Shown piece by piece: positions 13,881 through 27,040 of a stretch of 64,000 nt of DNA. The notes beneath the pieces were generated by a model. The model worked only from the letters and a program-made list of their open reading frames with translations, did not search any database and was not told where the DNA came from. Source of the DNA: Eledone cirrhosa. Lineage: Eukaryota. The position numbers and the translations under genes were made by a program. The stretch is from assembly GCA_964016885.1 (NCBI GenBank), contig OZ024740.1, forward strand, positions 219,728,001 through 219,792,000, written 5' to 3'. Each line of letters starts with the position of its first letter. Positions within the stretch are counted from its first letter, which is position 1.

Positions 13881-16800
13881 CATCATCATCATCATCATTT
13901 TACGTCTGTTTTTCCCTGCTTGCAAGGGTGGACGGGTCCTATTCAGGACATCATCTCTCCACTTGTCACGGTCCTTCGTCATCTCCTCCGTGAGTTTCAG
14001 CAATCTGAGGTCTGCTCTCACCACCTCTGCCCATGTTTTTCGTGGTCTTCCTCTACTATGTCTTCCTTCAACTGGAATTTCTTGGCACATCTTCACCCAT
14101 TGGTCATCCTCCATGCGCATCACATGTCCATATCATCAAAGTCTTCTCTCCCACACACTGTAATTTATCCCTCTCAAACACAGTTTCTCTCTCAACACAT
14201 CCTTGCTCGGTCATTCATGCACATTGACATTGCACATCCAACGGAGCATGCTTGCTTCATGTCTCTCCAGCCATCGCATATCCTCTGCTGCTGCTGCCCA
14301 TGTCTCACTACCATGCAGCATCGCGCACCTCACACAGGCATCATATAACTGGCCTTTCGTACGCAGGGAGAAACCCTTCTTCGTCTGCAGAGGCAGCAGC
14401 TCCCTAAACTTCTCCCAACCCATCCTTATTCTAGATACTATGGCCTCAGAACACCCCCCCCCCCCTTCCCATGCTAATCTGATCACCTAGGTACCGGAAG
14501 CTATCAACCACTTCTATAGAACCCACCTGCATTTGAAAAATGTGTCTATCAATGCAACTTCTACTGTCAAATTTCTCTGTACATCTACTGCATACGTATT
14601 TCTCCCTACCTGTTAGTTTGCCTGCTATCCCACTATATCTCTTGTGTACCCAAGATCTGCATTGTGTACATTTTATAGAATTTATGCCAGTTCCTTTTCT
14701 GCATATCGAACATGGCTTTCCCTGACGGAATCAGTGTTTTGTCTTCTTTTCTACTCAACACTTTTGTCTTAGCTCCTCTACAGATTCTGCTATAAGAACC
14801 AGATCATTAGCATAGAGAAGTTCCCATGTTCTTCTGTTATGGCTTGGAGGACTATAATGAACAAGAGCGGGCTGAGGACCGAACCCTGATGTACTCCTAC
14901 TTGTATCTGGAATTCCTCACTTTACTGACAGCACCTCGGTACAAAGCTTGCACTGTCCTCACAAGCCATTCCTCAACACCTAGTTTCCTTAGGGACCACC
15001 AGATGACAGATCGAGGTACCCTATCAAAGGCCTTCTCTAGGTCAACAAAAGCTAAGTATAGTGGTTTATTCTTCTCTAAGAACCTCTCTTGTAGTTGTCT
15101 CACTAAGAAGAGGGCATCTGTTGTTCTTTTCCCAGGCACAAAACCAAACTGCATCTCATCTAGTTTGACCCTTTCTCTAATTAGTTGCGCTAATATCCTT
15201 TCTGCCACTTTCATAACCTGATCCATCAGTTTTATGCCCCTATAATTGTTCCTCTCCAGAGCATCCCCTTTACCTTTGTAGCAATTTATGAGAATACTAC
15301 TGCACAAGTCTTTGGGTATGACACCACCATATATAGCCTGATTAATGATGCATGCAACCAGTTTAGTGCCTACGTCCCCCGATGCCTTCAGCATCTCAGC
15401 AACTATCCCCGACGGTCCAGCAGCTTTACCATTTTTCATTTCCTTAATCGCCTCTTGGACCCTATATTCATCAATCTCAATAGCTGGTCCCTCTGTCAGA
15501 TCTACTGGGGGTAATTTCTCTCTCTCCTATTCGTTCAGCACATTCATCAGTCTCTCATAATGACATTTCAAGGCCTCCTTTTTCTGATCATTTGTGACAC
15601 TAAGTACACCAGCATCATTCCGGACACACTTATCTCCAACAACATCCTGATTTGCATTGACACACTGCCTTGCAATGCGGAACACCGCATGTCTCTGATC
15701 TTCCCATTGTAGAACATTGGCAAACATACTTTCAGCCTCCCTGCGTGCTAAGTACACCTGACATCTAGCTTCTCTCTTAGCGGCTGTATATCCTTCTATA
15801 CTCCCACCATTTTTCCAAGCATTCCATGCTAGTCTTTTGTCTCTAATGGCCTTATCTGCCATGCTATTCCACCACCAGGTCACTCTCTGTCTGGTTTGAG
15901 CTCTGCTCCAGCCACAAGCTTGTTCAGTAGCCTGCAGTAAGTTTTCACGTAAGAAATTCCAGTTATCATCTATGTCATACGACTCTAAATCGTCTTCTTT
16001 TTCGTCATACACATGTTGAAGGGTTTTCCTAAATTTGTATTTTAGTGAAAGGTCTTTTAGCTTCCAGACCTTTCTTTTCCACACCTTCCTGTATGTTTCA
16101 TTCCATCTCTTGCTTACTGAGATATCACTAACTGCTAACCTATACTGTGGGGTACATTCTTCCCCAGGGTATGCCTTGGTATTTGACACCATCTGTCTGT
16201 CTCGCTGTCTAACTAGCAGGAAGTCAATCTGGCTTATGTGCTCGCCTGATTTGTAGGTTATTAGGTGGTTGGCAGGGTTCTGGAAGTTAGTGTTGCAAAT
16301 GGTTAGTGCACTTGCATCACAAAATTCAAGAAACCTCACTCCTTCTTCATTTCTTGAGCCGTAACCGTGCCCACCATGAACCCCAGTGTATCCATCCTGG
16401 AGCTGTCCAACATGACCATTGAAGTCCCCTGCTAGCATAACGATGTCTCCGTCATCTCTCATTGCGGCTGTTTGTAAAAGTTGCTCGTAAAAGCAGTCTT
16501 TCTCTTCTTTACCTAGGCCTGCCTGGGGAGCATAGGCAGAGATGATTGTAAGTAGTTTCTTCTTGCCTACAACTAATCTAAGCTTAATTATTCTATTACT
16601 AACTTGAACTACCTCTATTGTCTTATCGATCCATCTCTTAGCCAGTAAAATGCCTTCGCCACCTAACCCATCATCATTACCCACTCAGAAAAGCTTATAA
16701 CTAAGATGTTTGCCTGCGATTAGTCTTGCAGAGGCACCCCTCCATCTCACCTCTTGCACACAACACACATCCACATGCCTTCTCTCCAGCATCTCCACTA

Positions 16801-17040
16801 TTTCACCAGATCTACCTGTGAGAGTACCAACATTAAGTATGGCAACTCTGAGATGTGTGGTAGCTCTCCTAGACAGGTTGCCTACATTATGGCTTATGGA
16901 GTCTCCGTCCGCGCCTTGTCTGTTCTATGATATATTCACGATGGAATGGTTAGCATACAGCGTCAGGCTTGTATACCGAATGTGGTGGAGGTGGGGCGGG
17001 TGGTTGTTAAGTGAGAAGCATAATGGCTTATACGTACAAA
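13879..17040 (-). mobile_element. RTE LINE subfamily A, near full length, disrupted
   Basis: APE domain (ISAYAPQ, AGDFNGHVG, SQIDF), RT (FVDLEKAFDRVPR), C-terminal GRPRKTW, (ATG)n tail; stops and deletions. Confidence 0.95.
14897..16830 (-). pseudogene. RTE APE endonuclease-reverse transcriptase ORF, broken
   Basis: ORFs 15527..16684 and 14897..15439; CVQEVRW motif upstream. Confidence 0.9.
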
Positions 17041-17224
17041 TCTCGTGAGAACCATAATGGCTTATATGTACAAATTTAACACAAATTTCAACACAGTTTA
17101 TAAATCACATACATACATATATATATCCAAATCTCTTTACGAAGTTTTCACAATACATACATTTGTATGTATAATGGCTTATACGTACAAATAAATTTAT
17201 ATTATGTATATTATATATATATAC

Positions 17225-17271
<47 letters not shown>

Positions 17272-17369
17272 GTAATAATAATAATAAATTTGAAGACTAA
17301 AATCCAAAGAGCGCTCGATAAGGATAAATATATATCAAATATATAAGAACCGTAGAGCAAATATTTATT

Positions 17370-18172
17370 AAAATAACAGATTAAAGTTTAAGCAAAGAAT
17401 CGCTGCTTTCACCCTTAATGGGATCTTCTGAAACTAACAAAATCAGTCTGTGAACGCAGAAGTGAATATTTCAAAAAACGTTGCAACCGGAGGAAGACAG
17501 GAAGACGATACTTTGGTTCATGGAAACGTTCCCTGGCAAAGAACGGGAAAAAACGAATATAGTGGGTTCTGTAAGTTCGTGCGGGGTTTTTTTTTTATTT
17601 TTTTTTACGTGCGTGTATTTGTATACCTGTGGCGAGTGTTTTCGCGTATGCTTGTGTATGTACGTTTATGGATGCGTGTATTTATTTAATTTCAATTACC
17701 TCTGTATTTTATTTACTTTATTCTTAACTCTGAAGCCGAGAATCATTCGATCTCCTAGTTAGAATTCTTGTCTACGACTTCTGCTATACCATTTACGTGG
17801 TTTTGTCTTTGCATGCAATTGTTCTCCCCGCTCCACATATGACGTAATATCTTCGTTTTTTCCGTTCATTGCCAGAGAATGTCTCTATGAACCACCTAAT
17901 AGAATATTAGTCTACGACTTCTTTTATACCATAAACGTGGTTTTGTCTTTGCGTGTAATTGTTTTTCACCGCTCCAAATAATGACGTATTATATTCGTTT
18001 TTTCCCGTTCTTTGCCAGGGAACGTTTCCATGTACCAAAGTATCGTCTTCCTGTCTTCCTCCGGTTGCAACGTTTTTTGAAATATTCACTTCTGCGTTCA
18101 CAGACTGATTTTGTTAGTTTCAGAAGATCCCGTTAAGGGTGAAAGCAGCGATTCTTTGCTTAAACTTTAATG
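17370..18172. repeat. Inverted-repeat element with ~190-bp arms in TA context
   Basis: 17381-17560 is the reverse complement of ~17990-18170; 17770-17893 is a diverged direct copy of 17910-18037. Confidence 0.8.
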
Positions 18173-18194
18173 TTATTTTAATAAATATATATAT

Positions 18195-18271
<77 letters not shown>

Positions 18272-18287
18272 TACACATATATATATA

Positions 18288-18575
18288 TCATCATCATTTA
18301 ACGTCCATTTTCCATGCTAGCATGGGTTAAACGAATTGTCCCATTGTGAGACAGCCAGGTCAGAGGACCGTGTTTTGCTTACACAGAACTGATTTTGGCT
18401 TGGGTTCTTTGGATGGATGCCCTTCCTAACGCCAACAACATTTGCAGTGTGTACTCGGTGGTTTTCATCATTACACCTATACAACCTCTTTACAGTGTGG
18501 ACAGGATGCTTTTTGTCGTGAATCCTACATGACCACTTTAAAGTGTGGATTGGCTGCTTATTGCCATAGCTCCAC
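18288..18575 (-). mobile_element. RTE 3'-UTR/tail fragment
   Basis: (CAT)n then TTCCATGCTAGCATGGG and GGATGCCCTTCCTAACGCC. Confidence 0.7.
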
Positions 18576-18584
18576 ATACATGCA

Positions 18585-18671
<87 letters not shown>

Positions 18672-18673
<2 letters not shown>

Positions 18674-19984
18674 CGGCGATGAATTAGTTTTGCGAGGTTT
18701 TTTATATGAAATCGTGTGTCGAAACAAATATTGTTATACTTGGGGAAGGTCATATTTGTGTAATATTGCCAGAATTAATAACAGAACACACTCACTGTTT
18801 GGTTGCTTTTTGCTTCTGTGTCTTTTATATCGGTAATCTAATTTATTCGGTCCTCAATGTTGTCATTGACTGACCGACGGTCAAAAACACATATATATAG
18901 TTTATCAAAGTTCTTTCGTTGCACATCTGCAACATCGTCAGTGGTGTTATTGTTTCCTCATGTTACATTGTATGTCTACGCCATTTTTATTTAGTCTGTC
19001 TATATATTTATTTGTTTGTTTGTTTATTTTATTTTGTCTTGTTTGCGTGTGTGTATAGTGTTTTGTTTGATGTGTGTTCGTGATTGTATTCTATGTATTC
19101 TATGTATTCCATCTTTACTAGTGTGTGTTTATATGTGTTTGTTGTTATTGTGCTTGTGTATGTATTTATTTATTTATTTATACTTCTCTTAGGTCAGTGT
19201 TGTTTGTTTGGGTGTTGTTGTTATTCCATTCATTCTTTCTGTTTAGTCTTGGCCTTCTAAGTTCTATTTCACTGGCCTCTCTGATTTGCCTATCTGCTGG
19301 GTCATTTCTATGTTTAGATATTATTCTAATTTCTATGTTGTCTATGTTACCGTCGTGTTGTTGTCTGGCATGTTCGTATAGTACTGACCCGTTTTTTCAT
19401 CCTTTTAGTTCCCCCCAGTGTTGGTCTATCCTTTCACCTATGCTACGAGCTGTCTCGCCTATGTATGTTGTTGTCATGTTTCTGCAAGTACCCTCTGTAC
19501 ATCTTATGCTATAGACTACATTACTAGTTTTACAGTTTATCTGGGGGTTTACCTTACATATGATACATTTCCTATTAGTACAGTGGGTTTTCTTAAAAGG
19601 GTAGGTTTTGCTGATCAGGGATTTTATGGTGGTTCCTGGCTTTTCTACCACCTTAATCTTTAAGTGGGTCTTTCTCAGGGCCTTTCTACACTGGTTAGCT
19701 AATTTCCCACCAGGGGTAGCGTCCACAAACATGACACTCTGGTATCTCTGGTTGTCGTACCATGAGGTGGCATTCCCTATCTTATGTCTAGCCCTATCTA
19801 AGCTATTCCATGATTTTCTCCTGTATAATGGGCAAATTCCTTTCATGTCCAGTTCTATGAGGGTCTTATACTTCTCCATGGCTCCTTCGTATACTCTGAC
19901 TCTGTCTCTTTGGTTGTAGCCAGAGAACTGCATGCGGTTGATGAAGTGTTGGATGTGTCTTTCCATTTCTGTTGGGTCGCACCT
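18672..19984 (-). mobile_element. Penelope-like element family 1, 3' fragment (GIY-YIG + 3' UTR/pLTR)
   Basis: ORF 19397..19996 nearly identical to the C-terminus of 43245..45605 (VVY...YIGET); sense HHR at 18904-18943. Confidence 0.93.
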
Positions 19985-20765
19985 GTTGGTTTTCACTTCA
20001 ATTTATTATAAATTTCTGATTGGTTGGTTCGATAACCGGAAGGTTGTTTATATATTGTCAATGCTTGTTCGTAACACATTCTCTGACCTCCTCAGTGACT
20101 AGGTTTTTATTTTGTGTGTCTCTCCTTTATTCTGTCCTGTGTTATCTTTTTTGTGTGGTAGCTTTGACAATATATGAACAACGTTCCGGTTATCTAACCA
20201 ACCAACCAGCCAGAAATTTATAATAAATTGAAGTGAAAACCAACAGCTGCGTGTGTTTTTATTGGCAACATGACCCTCCCAATGTATAACAATATATATA
20301 TATATATATATTTCGTTTCTGAATTTGATTTGTTTAGCAAGATTCTTTATCTGAAAACGTGTGTTGAAACCGATATTGTTATACTTTGGGAGGGTCATGT
20401 TGCCAATAAGAAACACATGCACCAGTTGCTTTCACCTCAATTTATTATAAATTAAATTTATAAATTTAGGAATATATAAATTTCCGGTTGATTGGTTGGT
20501 TCCACAACCAGATGATTGTTCATATATTGTCAAAGTTCTTTCGTCACACATTCTGTGACCTCTTCGGTGACTGGGGATTCTTTTCTTTGTTTTTGTGCCT
20601 CTCCTTTGTTCTGTCCTACGCCATCTTGTTTTTGTGTTCATCTGGTTGTGGAACCAACCAACCAACCGGAAATTTATAAATTTAATTTATAATAAATTGA
20701 AGTGAAAGCAACTGGTCCGTGTGTTTCTTATTAGCAACATGACCCTCCCAAAGTATAACAATATA
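19980..20765. mobile_element. Penelope-like family 2 pLTR fold-backs (two)
   Basis: Homologous to 46995-47280; HHR minus 20529-20571 GTCA-CCGAAGA-GGTCACA..TGTGAC-GAAAG-AA-CTT-TGAC. Confidence 0.8.
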
Positions 20766-20777
20766 TATATATATATA

Positions 20778-21035
20778 CCATGATATTAAATAAATGGAAA
20801 CTATATTTATAAAACCATATTTATTATATTATATATATTTCAAGCCAACCTTGGTGTGCTTTCATCAGATAAAATACAAAGTTTGTTTTATAAATAAAGA
20901 CGTCATTATTTATAAAACAAACTTTGTATTTTATCTGATGAAAGCGCACCAAGGTTGGCTTGGTTGCCCTTGAAATATATATAATAAAATAAATATGGTT
21001 TTATAGATATAGTTTCCATTTATTTAATATCATTG
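20778..21035. repeat. Fold-back element with canonical HHR (plus 20930-20988)
   Basis: TTTAT-CTGATGA-AAGCGCACCAAG GTTGG CTTGGTTGCCCTT-GAAAT-ATAT-ATA-ATAAA; arms centred on GACGTC near 20901. Confidence 0.8.
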
Positions 21036-21144
21036 AATATTTACTCCAGTTACTGTTGAGTGCTCTAAATCAGTTATAAACATTTATGTTTGTCGGAATT
21101 CCAACAAATTAAATACAACTTCTACATATATATATATATATATA

Positions 21145-21695
21145 ATTGAAAAAGTGAAGAATAACATGGTCAACAGTACAAAAAAAAGGGATTTATTTAC
21201 AGTCTAACAACTGTTTCACTGATAAAGATGTCTAAAAATTGCTGAACACTAGAAGCAGTGCCACTCAATTTTAAATATGACGTTAGCTCGATCAGATCCT
21301 CAGAAACTGTTATTGAAAATATATGTAACCGGCAAATTTACAAATTGAAATTACATCATCAATAATAATATTAATAATAAAGATATGGAGAGAAAAGAAG
21401 GAAGAAAGGGAGATAGGTACAGTAAAGAAAGAAAGGAAAGGAAAGAGAAAAAAGAAGGAAAAAGAAAAAGAGAAAGAGAAAAAAGAAGAAAAAGGAGAAA
21501 TTATTACAGAGAAAAAAACATATAAAGAGAAGAAAATATATAGAAATTGATGATAGACAGAGGAGAGACAAGCATAAGTAAAAATAACGTAGGATAGAAA
21601 GAAGAATAGAGGGAAAATAAATGAATAAACGTTAATATATGAATAAATAAAATAAAATAAAAATAAATATATAAAAAATATATATAAAGAGTTCA

Positions 21696-21730
<35 letters not shown>

Positions 21731-22765
21731 ATTACATCTAATGTGATATAAAATGGTATAAAATGTGAAAAATGAAAAAAAATACGCAAAAGAAGTAAAA
21801 GTTTGCGAAGAATATTTAAACATATTAAAATTATTGAGATTGATTTTTGAGAATTGTTAGAATATATGGAGAGATATGAAGGTAAAAATGTGATAATGTT
21901 AAATATATTTATGTGTGTATTGATTATTTTAATTAATAAATTAATTAATTAGCTTTAAGTTATATTATATGATAAAATAGAATGACAGAGATGAAATAAA
22001 TTTAGGGAGAGAAATATAGAGATAGAGCGTGAAATATAGAGATATATAAAATAAGAATGTAAATATAAGAGGTTTTTATGTTGTTCTTTGATAGATGGTG
22101 ACAATTATAATCATAATCATAATGATGGTGATGCTTATAATGTGATATCATAATAGATCCAAGTGGTACAATCTGGGTTATGAAATAGATAAGATGGAAT
22201 TAAGCTGGTCTAAAGTCCTCAAATTTGGTTGCCGATTTATGTCGACAAAAAATAGTTCTTTCAATTTTACTGTTAAGAAGAATTTTGTTGTAATTTAAAA
22301 TTTGGTAAAGTTCCATATTACAGAGACCGCAGTGGGACATACCAATTTGATAGGCCTTTGCTTTTGATAGCTTTGTCCAGCTGATTTTATATTCCATGTT
22401 TGCATCTTTGAGTTGCCAGATTTTATTGGCGAGAGTCGTTGTATTTAAGAGATTCCTGTTAATCATAGTGTCTATGTATGTACCATCTTTTCTTAAACTC
22501 CCCAGCTGTGGAACCAATGTAATGCCATGCTAAGCTACCTGAATTTATAGTACATAAGTATACTATATTTGTCTCTAGGCATCTATTTTGTAAAGAGCAT
22601 TTGTCAGGTAGATGGCAGTTACATTTAGATGCCATAACAAACTGCAAAAGAACATCAATGTACTACTAAACAATTACGTAGCACCAACGGTATTATAGTA
22701 AAAGCAGACAAAACATCAAATGTATACCCCAAAATAGTTGCCTAGAGACAAATATAGTATACCTA
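21145..22765 (-). mobile_element. Penelope-like family 3, 3' fragment (GIY-YIG, long AT-rich UTR, HHR)
   Basis: CNC...C.L...CL.TNIVY.C...YIG.T..EFKKRWY.H (22459..22647), C.LC..E (22200..22517); short 5' inversion at 22741-22763. Confidence 0.85.
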
Positions 22766-23111
22766 TTCATTTCATTTTTTCATTTCATTTTATGTCTGCT
22801 TTTTCTCTGCTTGCAAGGGTGGGACTGGAACTGATTCTGGCTTGATTTCTACAGCTGGATGCCCTTCCTAACACCAACCTCATTTACAGTGAGTGCTGGG
22901 TGCTTTTTTGCCGTGGCACCTCCACGACCACTTTGCAGTGGAATTATATGGACCCCAGTCCCTATCATCTCATTTCTACAGCTGAGTAAACTGGAGCAAT
23001 GTGAAATAAAGTGTCTTGCTCAAGGAAACAACACATCACCCGGTCTGAGAATTGAACTCACAACCTTTTGATTGCAAGGCCAATGCTCTAACCACTAAGC
23101 CATGTGCCTCC
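22766..23111 (-). mobile_element. tRNA-head SINE with RTE-derived tail
   Basis: Reverse complement of 26652-27040 with an internal deletion. Confidence 0.85.
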
Positions 23112-23199
23112 AAGCACTTACAAGGGTGGGATGGGAACTGATTCTGGCTTGATGTCAACAGCTGGATGCCCTATATAAATATATATATTCATATATATA

Positions 23200-23860
23200 T
23201 AAACGGAAAAAATGAAACAAAATTTAATTTCCCACTCTTAGTACGGCTGTTACTTAAATGTAAGTATGTACACGTACATACATATATGTATACAGACGTA
23301 CAGTAGTATGTATATATATATACATACATACACACACATATATATATACATATGGATTCACCGAACATTTATTATAATGCTCGGTGTGTTTGTAAACAAA
23401 CATCCCGTATTAAGCCGTAGTGTCTAGCAACCATCGTTGCTCATTTGTTCAACACTGACAAAGGAACGCTGTACTAGTTTCAAGCTTATTAGCTATCGTC
23501 AGCAACGTATACCTTCCTGCCAGATTGTTGAATGTCTGAAAGTATATACTTTCCTTATGCATATTAACGGCTGAGTAGCCCAATTTGCATATCGAGTGGG
23601 TTAATCGGCCGGGTGCACCGAAAACGATAAAAGGAAAAAATGAAACAAAATTTCATTTCCCACTCTTAGTACGGCTGTTACTTAAATATAAGTATGTATA
23701 CGTACATACATATATGTATACAGACGTACAGTAGTTTGTAAATAGATATACATACATGCACACATATATATATGTACATATATATATGTGTGCATGTATG
23801 TATATATATATATACATACTACTATACGTCTGTATACATATATGTATGTACGTGTACATA
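23200..23860 (-). mobile_element. HHR repeat (retrozyme-like), diverged subfamily, ~1.4 units
   Basis: HHR 23466-23507 minus CGTTG-CTGACGA-TAGCT AATA AGCTT-GAAAC-TA-GTA-CAGCG; unit start repeated at ~23205 and ~23632. Confidence 0.8.
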
Positions 23861-23865
23861 CTTAC

Positions 23866-23911
<46 letters not shown>

Positions 23912-23914
<3 letters not shown>

Positions 23915-24600
23915 TGAAACAAAATGAAAACGAAATTTCATTTCTCACTCTTAGTATGGCACTTACTTAAATGTAAGTATGCATGTATACGTACATACAT
24001 ATATGTATACAGACGTACAGTAGCATGCACATATATATATATATATACATATATACATACATATGCATACAGGTACACATACATATATGCACGTATCAGT
24101 TTAGCGGCGCTAACGTCGCTTTGTTCGTTTGTAAACAAACTGAACAGCCTGAATTTATGCCATACGGTGTTAAGGCAACCACGTCACCTTTTTGTTCAAC
24201 ACTGACACAGGAACGATGTACTAGTTTCAAGCTTGTTAGCTATCATCAGCACCGTTTACCCATCTGCCAGATAGTTGAACGTTCGAAAGTATATACTTTC
24301 CTTATGAAAATTAACGGCTGAGCAGCCTAATTTGCATATTGAGTGAGTTAAATCGGTCAGGCATACCGAAAACGATAAATTGAAACAAAATGAAAACGAA
24401 ATTTCATTTCTCACTCTTAGTATGTTCAGTTTGTTTACAAACGAACAAAGCGACGTTAGCGCCGCTAAACTGATACGTGCATATATGTATGTGTACCTGT
24501 ATGCATATGTATGTATATATGTATATATATATATATATATGTGCATGCTACTGTACGTCTGTATACATATATGTATGTACGTATACATGCATACTTACAT
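23912..24600 (-). mobile_element. HHR repeat (retrozyme-like), ~1.1 units plus inverted partial unit
   Basis: Near-identical to 62566-63503; HHR at 24212-24257; inversion from ~24423. Confidence 0.85.
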
Positions 24601-24620
24601 TTATATATATATATATATAT

Positions 24621-24828
24621 AGGAATGAGTAGGACCCCGACGGCTGAGCTCAAGCCGTTTCGACGGCTAATTCTGGACTAAAATATTTTTAGTCCAGAAT
24701 TAGCCGTCGAAACGGCTTGAGCTCAGCCGTCGGGGTCCTACTCGTTCCTATTACTCACTCTACTACCCTAAGTATTGAGTACTTTGGTGCGTTATGGTCC
24801 ACCTGGTTCCTTACCACATTTCCTTCGT

Positions 24829-24830
<2 letters not shown>
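24621..24830. repeat. PLE family 4 pLTR fold-back
   Basis: Near-perfect palindrome 24621-24751; matches 34035-34180. Confidence 0.85.
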
Positions 24831-24859
<29 letters not shown>

Positions 24860-25264
24860 GAATGATCTCCCTCTGCTTCAAGTACTTATACATTTTAATA
24901 CAACTGATTCCCATCACATGTCCATACCAATGCAGTCTTTTCTCTTGCACACTACATCTGATTCCTCTACATATATATGTATACATACCCAATAATGAAG
25001 TTCAGGATAACTATTAAAAGTGTGTATACATAAATAATAAATATAGCTTATATAATTGCACATAAACATAGATAGAAACACAGAAATATCTTGACACATA
25101 GACATTGATATACAAATACATGTACACAGACTGAGCAAGCTATAAATATATTTACATACAGACTCATTGTATTCACATAGAATAAACTATCATGATATCT
25201 AATATACAGAGATAAAGCAGTGTAGGAAGGTAGGCTGATAATCTGTGGGACCATCTATGGGACA

Positions 25265-25381
25265 TACAGTACATACATACACACATACATAAACACATTC
25301 ACACATACATACATACATACATACATGCATACATACATACATACATACATACATACATACATACATACATACATACATACA

Positions 25382-25414
<33 letters not shown>

Positions 25415-25880
25415 GTACGTACATACATAAACACATACACACATACATACATATATACATACATAAACACATAAACACATACACACATACATACATACAT
25501 ACATATATATGTACGTACATACATAAACACATACACACATACATACATATATACATACATAAACACATACACACATACATACATATATACATATATACGT
25601 ACGTACATACATAAACACATACACACACACATACATATATACATACATCAACACATACACACATACATACATACATATATACATACACACATACATAAAC
25701 ACATACATATATACATACGTACATACATACATACATAAACACATACATACATACATACACACATAAACACATACATACATACATACATGAATACATGCAG
25801 ACACACATATATACATACATACACATACATGCATAGATGCATACAAACTCACATACATACAAGCATATTTACATACACAC
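25265..25880. repeat. (CATA)n microsatellite
   Basis: Tetranucleotide array. Confidence 0.9.
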
Positions 25881-26490
25881 ATGGTGGCTGCCAACTCGTT
25901 TTCGAGTATGGCCACTACTTTATATCCATGTAGGAGAACCCCTACCGATGCGCTGAACGAGTGTGACTTTTTAGTCCAGCCAGCGACTTGAAAACTCTGG
26001 TACAAACACTACACTTGTGACAATTATTGACACATAGTGCTGGGCCCATGGTACCATGTGACGACAAGTGCAGAGAGATCTCCAGATACAAAGCAATGCC
26101 TGTGCCGTGAAACTTCTATAGTGAGCAAAGGCACTGCACAAAGCCAGTCCCACTCTCTTAACCAAGATGATATTTACCAAAAAGAAGAACAAGTCAACAT
26201 CATTGGATACCATCAGGGTTGCAGGTGTTATATCAGAGTTTTCCTTCTCCTAGAATTCTGCCTTGACAAAGGCTAAGGGGTCATCTCTCCTGGTGATTTT
26301 GGATGGCCATTGACTCTTAAGAGCTCCTTTGCCCTTTGACAGGTTTTGTTTTTAGTCCTGCAGGATGTCCAAAGTCACCCTCCTCACCAAGAAACCTTGG
26401 TGGGGTTGCCAGTTTAGTCGCCAACGACACGACCATGGGACGGGTTGTACTGGGATACATGTTACCAGTAGCACCAACTGGTGACCTGAC
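25881..26490 (-). mobile_element. Probable RTE-type 5'-UTR segment; partial copy at 35862-36152
   Basis: Minus-strand TCTAGGAGAAGGAAAACTCTG and GGCGACTAA motifs recalled from RTE 5' ends; duplicated in the window. Confidence 0.5.
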
Positions 26491-26651
26491 ATAGACACAT
26501 ACACACATGCATACATATATACATATCATCATCATCATCGTTTAACGTCCATCTTCCACGCTAGCATGGGTTAGACGGGAGTTGTGCCACTTGAGGCAAG
26601 GTTGGTCGGGTGACCGTGTCTCGCTCGTGTATATATATATATATATACACA

Positions 26652-27040
26652 TGGAGGCACATGGCTTAGTGGTTAGAGCATTGGCCTTGCAATCGAAAGG
26701 TTGTGAGTTCAATTCTCAGACCGGGTGATGTGTTGTTTCCTTGAGCAAGACACTTTATTTCACATTGCTCCAGTTTACTCAGCTGTAGAAATGAGATGAT
26801 AGGGACTGGGGTCCCTATCATTCCACTGTAAAGTGGTTGTGTAGGTGCCACGGCAAAACAGCACCCAGCCCACACTGTAAAGTGGACGTGTAGGCGCCAC
26901 GGGAAAAAAAGCACCCAGCACTCACTGTAAATGAGGTTGGTGTTAGGAAGGGCATCCAGCTGTAGAAATCAAGCCAGAATCAGTTCCCGTCCCACCCTTG
27001 CAAGCAGGGAAAAGCGGACGTAAAATGATGATGATGATGA
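26652..27040 (+). mobile_element. Full-length tRNA-derived SINE with RTE 3' tail
   Basis: A box TGGCTTAGTGG, B box GAGTTCAATTC, central domain, terminus CCCTTGCAAGCAGGGAAAAGCGGACGTAAA(ATG)n identical to RTE-A end at 41891-41948. Confidence 0.9.

Noticed and set aside
26652-26725. tRNA gene (GCA anticodon-like)
   Set aside because: Acceptor and anticodon stems do not pair and it continues into a SINE body in several copies
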